The notes: generated by a model not told the origin, from the sequence alone. Shown: positions 20,392 to 29,706, numbered from the stretch's first letter. The stretch: DNA of 64,000 bases from Candidatus Parcubacteria bacterium (GCA_009995365.1 JAACPR010000001.1:30680-94679), one strand, 5' to 3'. Numbers and translations are program-made.

Positions 20392-22464
20392 ATGAAAAAA
20401 TTTGATTTAAAATCAGAATATAAACCAGCAGGTGATCAACCGCAGGCAATCAAAAAACTGGTTGGAGGACTTGAAAAGGGTGATAAACATCAAACTCTTT
20501 TGGGTGTGACTGGTTCTGGAAAAACTTTTACAATGGCAAATGTCATTCAACAGGTTCAAAAACCGACCCTTGTTATTGCGCACAACAAAACTCTGGCGGC
20601 GCAATTAGCTCAGGAATACAAGGATTTCTTTCCAAACAATGCGGTTCACTATTTTGTCTCTTACTATGATTACTACCAACCTGAGGCATATAAACCTGTG
20701 ACTGATACTTATATTGAAAAAGAGGCGATGGTTAATGCGGAAATTGAGCGCCTTCGCCACGCTTCAACACAGGCACTTCTCACTCGAAAAGATGTAATTA
20801 TTGTTGCATCAGTTTCATGTATTTATGGTTTGGGTTCTCCTGAGGAATATGAAAAGGTGAATTTTAAATTTTTTAAGGGAATGAAATTATCTCGCGGTGA
20901 TTTTATTAGAAAACTTACTCATATTTATTTTGAAAGGACTAATGCAGATTTAGAGCCAGGGCAATTTCGCGCCATTGGTCAATCGGTAGAAATTATGCCG
21001 GTTTCAGAAAAATTTATTGTTCAAGTTCAATTTGATGCTGACCAAATTTCATATATTCAAAGAATCGACGGACTTAATAAAACTATTTTAGAAGAAGATA
21101 TAAAAACTTATTTTCTGTTCCCAACAAAACACTTTGTTGCTAACGAAGATGTTATAAAAAAAGCGCTTAAAAGTATCCAGAGTGAATTAGATGAGCGACT
21201 TAAACAATTAACTAAAGAAGGGAAAAATTTAGAAGCTGAGCGTTTAAAACGCAGGACTAGATATGACATGGCGATGATTCGCGAAGTTGGTTATTGTAAT
21301 GGAATCGAGAATTATTCGCGGCACTTTGATGGGCGCTTGCCCGATGAGACCCCTAACACTCTTCTTGATTATTTTCCAAAAACAAAAGATGGGAAAGCTG
21401 ATTTTCTGACAGTTATTGATGAATCTCATGTTGCGGTGCCACAGATTGGTGGGATGTATGCGGGTGATCGTTCTCGTAAAGAAACTCTTGTTGAGCATGG
21501 ATTTCGCTTGCCTAGCGCCAAAGACAACCGCCCTCTAAGGTTTGAAGAATTTGAAAAGAAAACTGGGCAAAAAATTTATACTTCGGCGACACCTGGTAAA
21601 TATGAAAATGAGAATAGCTCTATTACTGCTGAGCAAATCATTAGGCCGACAGGGCTAGTTGATCCACAAATTGAAATTAAACCAATTGTTGAAAAAGGAA
21701 AATACAAAGGTCAGGTTTTTGATTTTATCGCAGAATCAGAAAAAGAAATTAAAAAGGGAGGTAGAGTGCTTGTAACAACTTTGACTAAAAAAATGGCCGA
21801 AGATTTATCGGAATATTTGAAGGAAAAGAAAATCAAATCAGAATATATTCACAGCGATGTTAAGACGATAGATCGTATTGATATTATTTCTAATTTTCGT
21901 CGTGGTGAATTTGATATTTTGGTGGGTGTGAACCTGCTTCGTGAAGGACTTGATATGCCAGAAGTTACCATGATTGGAATTCTCGATGCTGACAAGGAAG
22001 GTTTCTTGCGTAGTGAAACTGCTCTGATTCAGACTATTGGTCGTGCGGCTAGAAATGTTGATGGAAGGGTTATTTTATATGCCGATGAAGTTACAGGTTC
22101 AATGAAGAGGGCAATTGAAGAGACGGATCGCCGTCGAACAATTCAACTGGATTGGAATAAAAAACATAATATTACACCAAAAACTATTATTAAAACTATC
22201 AAAGATATTACAGAGCAAATGAAAACTGAGCATCAAAGTGCTGTCGATACACTAATGAAAGTTGATGCCGACCTAGCCAAGAAAAACCCTGAGAAATTAA
22301 TGAAAAGAAAAGAGAAGCAAATGAATGCTGCGGCAAAAATGTTAGATTTTGAAACGGCTGCAATTTTGCGTGATGAAATCAAGCAATTAGAAGAAATCAT
22401 CAACAAAGACAAAAAAGATAAGGAGAAGGAAAAAGCTACAAAGAAAAGAAGTAAATTTAAATAA
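20392..22464 (+). CDS. uvrB: excinuclease ABC subunit B
   Basis: 'LLGVTGSGKTFTMANVI', 'FVSYYDYYQPEAY', helicase motifs, C-terminal UVR domain 'LDFETAAILRDEIKQLEE'. Confidence 0.93.
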   Translation: MKKFDLKSEYKPAGDQPQAIKKLVGGLEKGDKHQTLLGVTGSGKTFTMANVIQQVQKPTLVIAHNKTLAAQLAQEYKDFFPNNAVHYFVSYYDYYQPEAYKPVTDTYIEKEAMVNAEIERLRHASTQALLTRKDVIIVASVSCIYGLGSPEEYEKVNFKFFKGMKLSRGDFIRKLTHIYFERTNADLEPGQFRAIGQSVEIMPVSEKFIVQVQFDADQISYIQRIDGLNKTILEEDIKTYFLFPTKHFVANEDVIKKALKSIQSELDERLKQLTKEGKNLEAERLKRRTRYDMAMIREVGYCNGIENYSRHFDGRLPDETPNTLLDYFPKTKDGKADFLTVIDESHVAVPQIGGMYAGDRSRKETLVEHGFRLPSAKDNRPLRFEEFEKKTGQKIYTSATPGKYENENSSITAEQIIRPTGLVDPQIEIKPIVEKGKYKGQVFDFIAESEKEIKKGGRVLVTTLTKKMAEDLSEYLKEKKIKSEYIHSDVKTIDRIDIISNFRRGEFDILVGVNLLREGLDMPEVTMIGILDADKEGFLRSETALIQTIGRAARNVDGRVILYADEVTGSMKRAIEETDRRRTIQLDWNKKHNITPKTIIKTIKDITEQMKTEHQSAVDTLMKVDADLAKKNPEKLMKRKEKQMNAAAKMLDFETAAILRDEIKQLEEIINKDKKDKEKEKATKKRSKFK

Positions 22465-22497
22465 CGGGCGATTCAAATAATTGTTAGTTAAAATTTG

Positions 22498-22525
22498 TTG
22501 ACCAAAATTAAATTTAATATAGAAT
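22498..22525 (+). promoter_or_regulatory. sigma-70-like promoter (-35 TTGACC 22498-22503, 16-nt spacer, -10 TAGAAT 22520-22525) upstream of the NMP-kinase gene
   Basis: 'TTGACCaaaattaaatttaataTAGAAT'; followed by SD-like 'AAAGGAAA' at ~22584-22591 and TTG start at 22596. Confidence 0.4.
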
Positions 22526-22595
22526 CAAAAACTGGTCGTTCTTTTTTGGAGGAAGACTATTTCACAATAAACTCAAATCAAGCGAAAGGAAACAG

Positions 22596-23300
22596 TTGAA
22601 CGAATTAGAAAAAAGATTACTCATTGTTGTAGGTCTCACATGTGCTGGTAAAGGATACCTTCTCCAGCGTCTGATCGATATCGGAATGAAGATTCTGGAG
22701 CTCGATATGGGAGATGTTCTCAGGCACAGGAAACGAAGCGATCCTGAATTTGCCAAATTAATTTCTTCAGATCAAAATTCTGGAGGATTCTGTTCGGTAA
22801 ATATCGTCAACCAGTTGGCTGACGAAAAACTGGAACACTTCTCAAAAAGGCCTGCTGTATATCTGAGTGGTTACCCTAGAACCAAACTCCAGCTGGAGCA
22901 TCTCTTTGGATCTCCAATCTTGAAAACTCATCAGGTGTCTGTTGTTCATATAGATACCCCGCGAGAAGTTTGCAAGAAAAGGGCTTTGGCTGCTCAAAGA
23001 GGTCGGGATGATGATCACCTTGATGCAGTCAGGAGGAAATTCCGTGATTTTGATACCGAAACTTTTCCGGTAATTCAAAGACTCAAAGATGAGTTTCGAA
23101 GCTTCACATTTGATGGTCGATATACTGACCATAAACTTATGGAGTTGGTTGAAAATTTAGGTCTCCACGACCTAATTGATATCAACGAAGTCTCTGAGGA
23201 CATCAAAGAGGAATTCCACTTATGGAAATTTGCAGAAGAGCAAGAAGATGCTTTCGCGAATGACATTGAATTTCTCGGGTCCAGTGTCTATCGGAAATAA
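22596..23300 (+). CDS. short-type nucleoside monophosphate kinase (adenylate / UMP-CMP kinase family, eukaryote-like short form) with acidic C-terminal extension
   Basis: P-loop 'VVGLTCAGKGYL'; NMP-binding 'LDMGDVLR'; 'LSGYPRTKLQ'; short LID 'RGRDDDHLDAVRRKFRDF'. Start codon appears to be TTG. GC content visibly higher than flanks. Confidence 0.65.
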   Translation: MNELEKRLLIVVGLTCAGKGYLLQRLIDIGMKILELDMGDVLRHRKRSDPEFAKLISSDQNSGGFCSVNIVNQLADEKLEHFSKRPAVYLSGYPRTKLQLEHLFGSPILKTHQVSVVHIDTPREVCKKRALAAQRGRDDDHLDAVRRKFRDFDTETFPVIQRLKDEFRSFTFDGRYTDHKLMELVENLGLHDLIDINEVSEDIKEEFHLWKFAEEQEDAFANDIEFLGSSVYRK

Positions 23301-23316
23301 GTCCATGCCCATACTC

Positions 23317-23348
23317 GACACCCGCCGTAAAAAGCGGGTGTTTTTTTA
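23317..23348 (+). terminator. rho-independent terminator after NMP-kinase gene
   Basis: Hairpin 'GACACCCGC cgtaaaaa GCGGGTG' followed by TTTTTTT. Confidence 0.75.
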
Positions 23349-23457
23349 TTTACTTTTCTCTAAAAATAAGTAAAATAATCTATACATTCAAATATTTGAT
23401 ACTGACCCTGTGTCCAAAGCACCGGTTTAATATCGTGTTTTTATTTAAAATTACAAA

Positions 23458-26067
23458 ATGTCACCCAAAAAACCACAAAAAAATATAAGAAAAGATGAAA
23501 AGATTGTTATAAAAGGAGCTAGAACTCATAATTTGAAAAATGTGAATCTAGAAATACCTCGCAACAAGATGGTTATTTTTACTGGTCTTTCTGGCTCAGG
23601 AAAATCTTCTCTTGCTTTTGATACTATTTTTGCAGAAGGACAACGCAGATATGTAGAATCTCTTTCTGCTTATGCGCGTCAATTTTTAAATAAAATGCAA
23701 AAACCTGATGTCGATGAAATCCAAGGACTTTCTCCTGCAATTTCTATCGATCAGAAATCTCGTTCAAATAACCCTCGTTCAACTGTTGCGACAATTACAG
23801 AAATTTACGACTACTTACGTATTTTATTTGCTCGTGTCGGTCGCCCTCATTGTATGGAATGTGGTCGTGAAATCAAAAAACTTTCAAAAGAAGAAATTTT
23901 GAATACCGTTTTAGATCAAGTTAAAGAAATCACTTCAAAAACTTCCAAAAAAATTATGGATGTAGATATCGATCATGACACTTTGCAAATTTATTCACCA
24001 GTTGTTGTAGGAAGGAAAGGGGAATATTATCAACTGCTTTATGACATGCTCGCCAAAGGATACCAACGAGCTAAAATTGATGGAAAAGTTTATTCTCTAC
24101 GCGATAAAATTATTTTGTCTAAAACAAAAAAACATAATATCGATATTTTAGTAGATGAACTTTACTTATCTGAAATAAAATCTAAAACAGATGACGTTAA
24201 AGAAAGACTTTCTGAGGCGATCGAAAATGCAATTGAAATGTCAGAAGGGCTTTTAAAAATTATTACGAATGACGAAGAGCGCCTAATTTCCTCAAAGTTC
24301 ATGTGTCCTTATGATGGTTTTTCTTTCCCAGAAATTGAACCGAGGCTTTTTTCATTTAATTCACCACACGGTGCATGTCCTGAATGTAATGGATTAGGAA
24401 CAAAACACTTATTTGGGGATGATCCTTGTTCAGTCTGTGAAGGTAAAAGACTTCGTCCAGAAGCTATGCATGTCTTACTTCCTAATACTAAAACTAACAT
24501 TGATGATGTTACAAAGCTTTCTGTTAAGTATGCAATAGATTTCTTTTTGGAACTTGAACTTAATAAAAATGAAAAAGAAATTGCTAATGTTGTTATGAAA
24601 GAAATTACAGAAAGATTAGAGTTTATGAATAATGTAGGGATTGAATATTTAACATTGAATCGTCGCGCTCATACTCTCTCTGGTGGTGAAGCACAACGTA
24701 TTCGACTTGCTTCACAACTTGGTTCTGGTCTTGTTGGGGCGACTTATGTTTTGGATGAGCCAACAATTGGTCTACATTCTCGTGATAATGATAAATTAGT
24801 TCAAACTCTTTTAGATCTTCGCGATGCAGGTAATACAATTATTGTCGTCGAACATGACGAAGATACTATTTACGCGGGTGATTATTTAGTCGACATAGGA
24901 CCAGGTGCCGGAGTTCACGGTGGAGAAATTGTTGTTTCGGATGATATGCAAAAGCTTTTGTCTGCAAAAACTAATCCTTCAAAATCTTCAACTCTTGATT
25001 ATTTACGAGGAGATAAACAAATAGAAATTCCTGAAAAACGTCGCTCTCAAGATAAAGGTAAAATTCAAATTAAAGGTGGAAATATTTTTAATATTAAAAA
25101 TATGAATGTTGATATACCCCTTGGAAAACTAACAACGGTTACAGGTGTTTCCGGTTCTGGAAAATCTTCTTTTGTTTATGAAATTCTTTATAAAAATTTG
25201 AGAAATCGTTTTGATCGTCGCTATAGAAGTGATGTTTTAGAGAATTGTTCATCCTTAACTGGCACTGAATATTTAGGTCGAGCGATTTTAATTGATCAAT
25301 CTCCAATTGGTAGAACTCCTCGTTCAAATCCAGCAACTTATACTGGTGCTTTTACTTTTATTCGTGAATTATTTGCGGAAACTGCAGAGGCACGTGTTAG
25401 AGGTTGGAGCCCTAGTAGGTTTTCTTTTAATGTTAAGGGTGGTCGCTGTGAAGCTTGTCAAGGTAACGGATATCTTGCCGTTGAAATGCATTTTCTTCCA
25501 ACCGTTTATGTTCCTTGTGATATTTGTGAAGGTAAAAGGTTTATGAAAGAAACTTTGGAAATAGATTACAAAAAGAAAAATATTTTTGATGTTTTAAAAA
25601 TGACTGTAGAAGAAGCGCTAGCTTTTTTTGAAGATATTCCTGCTATTTATGACAGATTGAAATCATTGGATGATGTTGGTCTAGGATATTTAGAGCTAGG
25701 ACAGTCTGCAACAACTCTCTCTGGCGGAGAAGCACAACGTGTAAAAATTGCTTCGGAATTATATCGAGCGCACCTTCAGAAAACTATCTATATTTTAGAC
25801 GAGCCAACAATTGGTCTGCATTATGATGATGTAAAAAAATTGATTGAAATTTTGCAAAAATTAGTCGACAAAGGCAATACTGTTTTAGTTATTGAACATA
25901 ATATGGATCTTATTAAAAGTTCAGATTATATTATTGATATTGGACCAGAAGGCGGTGAAAACGGTGGTCAAGTTATGGTTAAAGGAACACCAGAGCAAGT
26001 TGCAGATTCTAACAAGGGATATACTGCAGAGTATCTTAAGAAGGCTTTAAAAAGAAATAAAAAATAA
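23458..26067 (+). CDS. uvrA: excinuclease ABC subunit A
   Basis: Two ABC modules: '[17 protein letters not shown]' and '[12 protein letters not shown]'; signature 'LSGGEAQR' twice; Zn-finger pairs 'CPEC', 'CEAC'. Confidence 0.93.
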   Translation: MSPKKPQKNIRKDEKIVIKGARTHNLKNVNLEIPRNKMVIFTGLSGSGKSSLAFDTIFAEGQRRYVESLSAYARQFLNKMQKPDVDEIQGLSPAISIDQKSRSNNPRSTVATITEIYDYLRILFARVGRPHCMECGREIKKLSKEEILNTVLDQVKEITSKTSKKIMDVDIDHDTLQIYSPVVVGRKGEYYQLLYDMLAKGYQRAKIDGKVYSLRDKIILSKTKKHNIDILVDELYLSEIKSKTDDVKERLSEAIENAIEMSEGLLKIITNDEERLISSKFMCPYDGFSFPEIEPRLFSFNSPHGACPECNGLGTKHLFGDDPCSVCEGKRLRPEAMHVLLPNTKTNIDDVTKLSVKYAIDFFLELELNKNEKEIANVVMKEITERLEFMNNVGIEYLTLNRRAHTLSGGEAQRIRLASQLGSGLVGATYVLDEPTIGLHSRDNDKLVQTLLDLRDAGNTIIVVEHDEDTIYAGDYLVDIGPGAGVHGGEIVVSDDMQKLLSAKTNPSKSSTLDYLRGDKQIEIPEKRRSQDKGKIQIKGGNIFNIKNMNVDIPLGKLTTVTGVSGSGKSSFVYEILYKNLRNRFDRRYRSDVLENCSSLTGTEYLGRAILIDQSPIGRTPRSNPATYTGAFTFIRELFAETAEARVRGWSPSRFSFNVKGGRCEACQGNGYLAVEMHFLPTVYVPCDICEGKRFMKETLEIDYKKKNIFDVLKMTVEEALAFFEDIPAIYDRLKSLDDVGLGYLELGQSATTLSGGEAQRVKIASELYRAHLQKTIYILDEPTIGLHYDDVKKLIEILQKLVDKGNTVLVIEHNMDLIKSSDYIIDIGPEGGENGGQVMVKGTPEQVADSNKGYTAEYLKKALKRNKK

Positions 26068-26136
26068 TTGACTTTGAATTTTATAGTGGTAGTTTTTAAC
26101 GGAACCTTGAACAAAAACATCAACCAATAAAAATAG

Positions 26137-26631
26137 ATGAATCTAGAAAAATACTATCTGACCCTACTGTTTGAAACTGTAAATTTAGTTTTTTATCGAG
26201 CTAAAATTATGCTTTCTGAAAAGTATGAAGACATAAGAACTACAGCTTTATTAAGTTTTACTCACCAGTCGCTTGCTGGTCAACCGCCAATCATCGTAAT
26301 GATGCTTGGTGAAACCATTGAAGATTCTGATAAAGTTAGCTCGTGGAGTGTTAATTCTCGAGAAAAAGCAGCGCGTCTGTGTCAAAATACAGATCATATC
26401 AGTGCTTGGCAAAGTCGCGATTTCGATAAAAAGAAATACGGCGGTGCCGTTAAAACAAGCACTGGTGAAATTCTATCCATGTCAGGACTTCCTGAATTTG
26501 GTGACGAAGCATGTTGCTTGGTCACCCTACTTTTGATGGACCGGATGGAGCTTGAAGAAGCAGAAAGGATTGTAGAGATAAGTGGTAACGATTTGTTCCA
26601 CGAACTCTACGATCGCTGCAAGATGCTTTGA
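26137..26631 (+). CDS. DUF336/GlcG-HbpS-like protein (putative haem/corrinoid-binding); an alternative ATG start at 26209 gives ~140 aa, which fits the family length
   Basis: 'YGGAVKTSTGEILSMSGLPEFGDEACCLV' resembles the GGxPI...GAIGVSG...DE motif of DUF336. GC content is elevated relative to flanks. Confidence 0.4.
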   Translation: MNLEKYYLTLLFETVNLVFYRAKIMLSEKYEDIRTTALLSFTHQSLAGQPPIIVMMLGETIEDSDKVSSWSVNSREKAARLCQNTDHISAWQSRDFDKKKYGGAVKTSTGEILSMSGLPEFGDEACCLVTLLLMDRMELEEAERIVEISGNDLFHELYDRCKML

Positions 26632-26657
26632 GATACCACATTCAAAATTCACCAAAC

Positions 26658-26692
26658 AAAGCGCCTGATTTCTCAGGCGCTTTTTATTTTTC
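26658..26692 (+). terminator. rho-independent terminator (plus strand) after the DUF336-like gene
   Basis: 'AAAGCGCCTGAtttcTCAGGCGCTTT' followed by TTATTTTT. Confidence 0.75.
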
Positions 26693-26695
26693 TTT

Positions 26696-26731
26696 AAAGA
26701 AAAAAGTCGAGGTTTAAAATCCCTCGACTTG
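26696..26731 (-). terminator. rho-independent terminator (minus strand) for the Nudix gene; the hairpin includes the last codons
   Basis: On minus strand: 'GTCGAGGgattttaaaCCTCGAC' followed by TTTTTT. Confidence 0.6.
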
Positions 26732-27217
26732 ATTAATATCAACATCTAAAAGCTCTTTTTGTCTGTTGAAGATGATCTCTGCTTTTATTTTTTGTCCTTC
26801 GAGAATTCTAGGTAACCACAGAAGATCAGATTTAATTATCTGTCTTTTAGGTAAACGATTTATTGAATACCATTTACCTTTTTTCATTTCGCGTGTTTCA
26901 CTAGGAGTGCCGATTACATTACTTGAAATAAAAACATGGAGATTTACTCTCAATCTTTCTTCAGAAAAAAATACTAGATCAATTTCAGCAACTTTAGTTA
27001 AAAAATTCTTAACAATTTTAGCTGGTTTTGCCTCCTCGTTGAATTCACGGACCGTGGCTTCTTCAAAGGTTTCATTAAGCTTACATAATCCACCATATCC
27101 ATTTAACTTTCCGAGCATATCAACAGCTTCTTTGACATTAGTATCTGTCTTTTTCTCTGCCAAAAGGATTTTCCCATCCTTAACAACAAAGACTACGGTT
27201 TGAACTTTAGTTTTCAT
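26714..27217 (-). CDS. Nudix (MutT-family) hydrolase
   Basis: Nudix box 'GKLNGYGGLCKLNETFEEATVREFNEEA' (G-x5-E-x7-REF-x-EE-x pattern). Confidence 0.7.
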   Translation of the reverse strand: MKTKVQTVVFVVKDGKILLAEKKTDTNVKEAVDMLGKLNGYGGLCKLNETFEEATVREFNEEAKPAKIVKNFLTKVAEIDLVFFSEERLRVNLHVFISSNVIGTPSETREMKKGKWYSINRLPKRQIIKSDLLWLPRILEGQKIKAEIIFNRQKELLDVDINQVEGF

Positions 27218-27315
27218 AATTTTGGTGCTTTCTTTTACAGTATTTCTAGTTTAAACAATACTTTTTAAGTGTGATTTGTCAATTGAAATAAATAATGTAA
27301 ATTAATATTAACTTT

Positions 27316-28599
27316 ATGAATTTATCAGATTTCAAAAAACTAAGTCTTCCTGATTCCCCTGGAGTTTATTTTTTCAGAGAAAAAGGGAAGTCGACCAATA
27401 AAAAAGAAGGTAATATTTTATATATTGGCAAAGCGACTTCGTTGCAAGATAGAGTCCGAAGCTACTTTTCTAATGACTTAATAAAAACTCGTGGTCCGGC
27501 GATTGTAGATATGGTGACAAAATCTGACACGGTTACTTTTGAAGAAGCCGATTCTGTGTTGGAGGCACTTATTTTAGAGGCTAATCTAATTAAGAAGCAC
27601 AAGCCGAAATACAACACCAAAGAAAAAGACGACCGCAGTTATTACCGCGTAATTATTACAGACGAAGAATACCCGCGCGTTCTCGTTGTCAGAGAAAAAG
27701 AGCTTAAAATTAATAAAAACCAATATAAAATCCTAGATGAATTTGGTCCCTTCCCAAATGCTGGTCAACTAATTGAATCTCTTAAAATAATCCAGAAAAT
27801 TTTCCCGTTTTTCGATACTAAAAAACCAGTTACAGAAATGAAGCCGATTGATATAAAAAGGATTGGGGTAAAAATCAGTATCGGACTTTATCCAGACATT
27901 TTCGATGATTTTAATTTTGGTCAGAAAATTTCTAAAAAAGAATACTTAAACAATATTAGAAATATCCGTTCGTTTTTTGAAGGAAACAAAAATAAAATTC
28001 TCAAAGACTTGGAAAAAAAGATGAAAACCTACGCTAAAAAACAAGAATTTGAAAAGGCTAACAACACAAAGAAACAAATTTTCGCACTTAACCATATAAA
28101 TGACATTAAATTGATTAAGGATGAGACGAAAAATATCGGGCGCGATTTTAGAATTGAAGCATATGATGTAGCGCATTTAGGAGGTGAAGCGAGTGTTGGA
28201 GTTATGACTGTCTTTGAGAACGGAGTGGCGGTCAAAAATGAATATAAAAAGTTTATTTTGAGAGATACAGAACCTGGCGATGACTATGGTGGTTTGCGCG
28301 AAATTTTGAGAAGGCGCTTTAACCATAAAGAGTGGACTTTTCCTGATTTGGTTGTAATTGATGGAGGTAAAGGACAGAAAAATGTTGCGGGTAAGATTTT
28401 AAAGGAGCTTGGCGTGAATACGAAGATTGTAAGTGTCGTCAAAGATGAAAAACACAATCCAAAGGGAATCTTGGCTACTGGAATCAAACTGAAAAAAATC
28501 GTTGAAAAAAATAAGAAAACTATTCTGGAAGCAAATAGCGAAGCTCATCGTTTTTCTATTAATTTTCACAGGTCTAAAATGCGCAAACGACTGAAGTAA
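27316..28599 (+). CDS. uvrC: excinuclease ABC subunit C, compact form lacking the C-terminal (HhH)2 domain
   Basis: GIY-YIG 'PGVYFFREKG...ILYIGKATSLQDRVRSYF'; UVR-like 'EFEKANNTKKQIFALNHI'; RNase H-like endonuclease domain 'IEAYDVAHLGGEASVGVMTVFENG', 'VIDGGKGQ', 'EAHRFSINFHR'. The protein ends immediately after. Confidence 0.8.
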   Translation: MNLSDFKKLSLPDSPGVYFFREKGKSTNKKEGNILYIGKATSLQDRVRSYFSNDLIKTRGPAIVDMVTKSDTVTFEEADSVLEALILEANLIKKHKPKYNTKEKDDRSYYRVIITDEEYPRVLVVREKELKINKNQYKILDEFGPFPNAGQLIESLKIIQKIFPFFDTKKPVTEMKPIDIKRIGVKISIGLYPDIFDDFNFGQKISKKEYLNNIRNIRSFFEGNKNKILKDLEKKMKTYAKKQEFEKANNTKKQIFALNHINDIKLIKDETKNIGRDFRIEAYDVAHLGGEASVGVMTVFENGVAVKNEYKKFILRDTEPGDDYGGLREILRRRFNHKEWTFPDLVVIDGGKGQKNVAGKILKELGVNTKIVSVVKDEKHNPKGILATGIKLKKIVEKNKKTILEANSEAHRFSINFHRSKMRKRLK

Positions 28600-28635
28600 A
28601 TTTCATGTCAAAATTTTTGTGATAAAATAAAACTA

Positions 28636-29598
28636 ATGAAAAAGATTATTGTTCTAAGAGGTGGTCCATCAAGCGAATACGAGGTTTCAATGAAATCTGG
28701 TAAGTCCGTAATCGACCAGCTTCAAGATCACTATAAAATTACCGATGTGGTAGTGGATAAAGAAGGGAAATGGATTGTCTCTGGAATAGCTGTCGAGCCA
28801 CATAAAATAACTCGCGATATCGATTGTGTTTTTAATGCTATGCACGGCGAATACGGTGAAGATGGAACGGTTCAAAAATTACTAGACCAATTAAAAGTTC
28901 CATACACTGGTTCTGGTGTTTTAGGTTCTTCAGTTGCGATGAACAAAGCTTTGGCTAAAAATTTCTACAAAAAACATGGAATTAAAACTCCACTCTACAG
29001 AGTAATAAATAAGACAGATAATATTGATGGCCTGGCGATGGAGCTATACAAGACATTTCCAATGCCAGCAGTTTTGAAACCTGTCTCTAGCGGTTCTTCA
29101 GTGGGTGTTTCAATCGCCAAAGATTATCAAAGTATGCGGGATACCTTGATTAGTTTATTTTTAAGATATGAAAAAGTCCTAGTCGAAGAATATATTGAGG
29201 GAAAGGAAGCAACTGTTGGAATATTAGAAGAATTTAGAAATCAAAAAATATACAAACTTTCTCCAGTGGAAATCCGACACCCTTCTAATAAAACTTTTTT
29301 TGATTATGAGGCAAAGTATTCAGGGATTACTCAAGAATTGTGCCCAGGAGAATTTTCTCCAGCCGAAAAAGAATTAATGCAAGAAATGGCAGGAAAGTCA
29401 CACGAAGCGCTTGGCCTAAGGCATTATTCTAGAACCGATTTTAGAATTCATCCTAAAAGAGGAATTTATGCGCTTGAAACAAATTCATTACCGGGCTTAA
29501 CGGAACATTCTTTGATGCCAAAATCTTTGGAGCCTCTTGGAATTAGTTATAAAGAAATGCTAGATCATCTAATCAATCTTGCAATAAAACAAAAATAA
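28636..29598 (+). CDS. ddl: D-alanine--D-alanine ligase
   Basis: 'VLRGGPSSEYEVS', 'HGEYGEDGTVQ', ATP-grasp 'EEYIEGKEATVGIL', 'LETNSLPGL'. Confidence 0.88.
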   Translation: MKKIIVLRGGPSSEYEVSMKSGKSVIDQLQDHYKITDVVVDKEGKWIVSGIAVEPHKITRDIDCVFNAMHGEYGEDGTVQKLLDQLKVPYTGSGVLGSSVAMNKALAKNFYKKHGIKTPLYRVINKTDNIDGLAMELYKTFPMPAVLKPVSSGSSVGVSIAKDYQSMRDTLISLFLRYEKVLVEEYIEGKEATVGILEEFRNQKIYKLSPVEIRHPSNKTFFDYEAKYSGITQELCPGEFSPAEKELMQEMAGKSHEALGLRHYSRTDFRIHPKRGIYALETNSLPGLTEHSLMPKSLEPLGISYKEMLDHLINLAIKQK

Positions 29599-29624
29599 GT
29601 TATTATTTTCTGTATCCAGTTTTA

Positions 29625-29697
29625 GGGCCTGTAGCTCATCTGGTAGAGCGCCTCACTTGCACTGAGGAGGTGGCGGGTTCGAGTCCTGTCAGGTCCA
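29625..29697 (+). tRNA. tRNA-Ala (anticodon UGC); 3' CCA not encoded
   Basis: Cloverleaf: acceptor GGGCCTG/CAGGTCC with the G3:U70 Ala identity pair; D-arm GCTC...GAGC; anticodon stem CCTCA/TGAGG with loop CT-TGC-AC; T-loop TTCGAGT. Confidence 0.85.
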
Positions 29698-29706
29698 CAA
29701 AAAATT

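Noticed and set aside
22562-23373. Cluster of short antisense and overlapping ORFs (22562..22756-, 22842..23132-, 23075..23266-, 23176..23373+) around the NMP-kinase gene
   Set aside because: These are a consequence of the locally higher GC content (fewer stop codons). The plus-strand NMP-kinase ORF has clear family motifs and explains the region.
23350-23457. GC-rich patch 'ctgaccctgtgtccaaagcaccggt' upstream of uvrA as a possible LexA/SOS box
   Set aside because: It does not match the E. coli (CTGT-N8-ACAG) or Gram-positive (CGAAC-N4-GTTCG) consensus and has only a short ACCGGT palindrome. It is mentioned under the NER-cluster finding but is not called as a feature.
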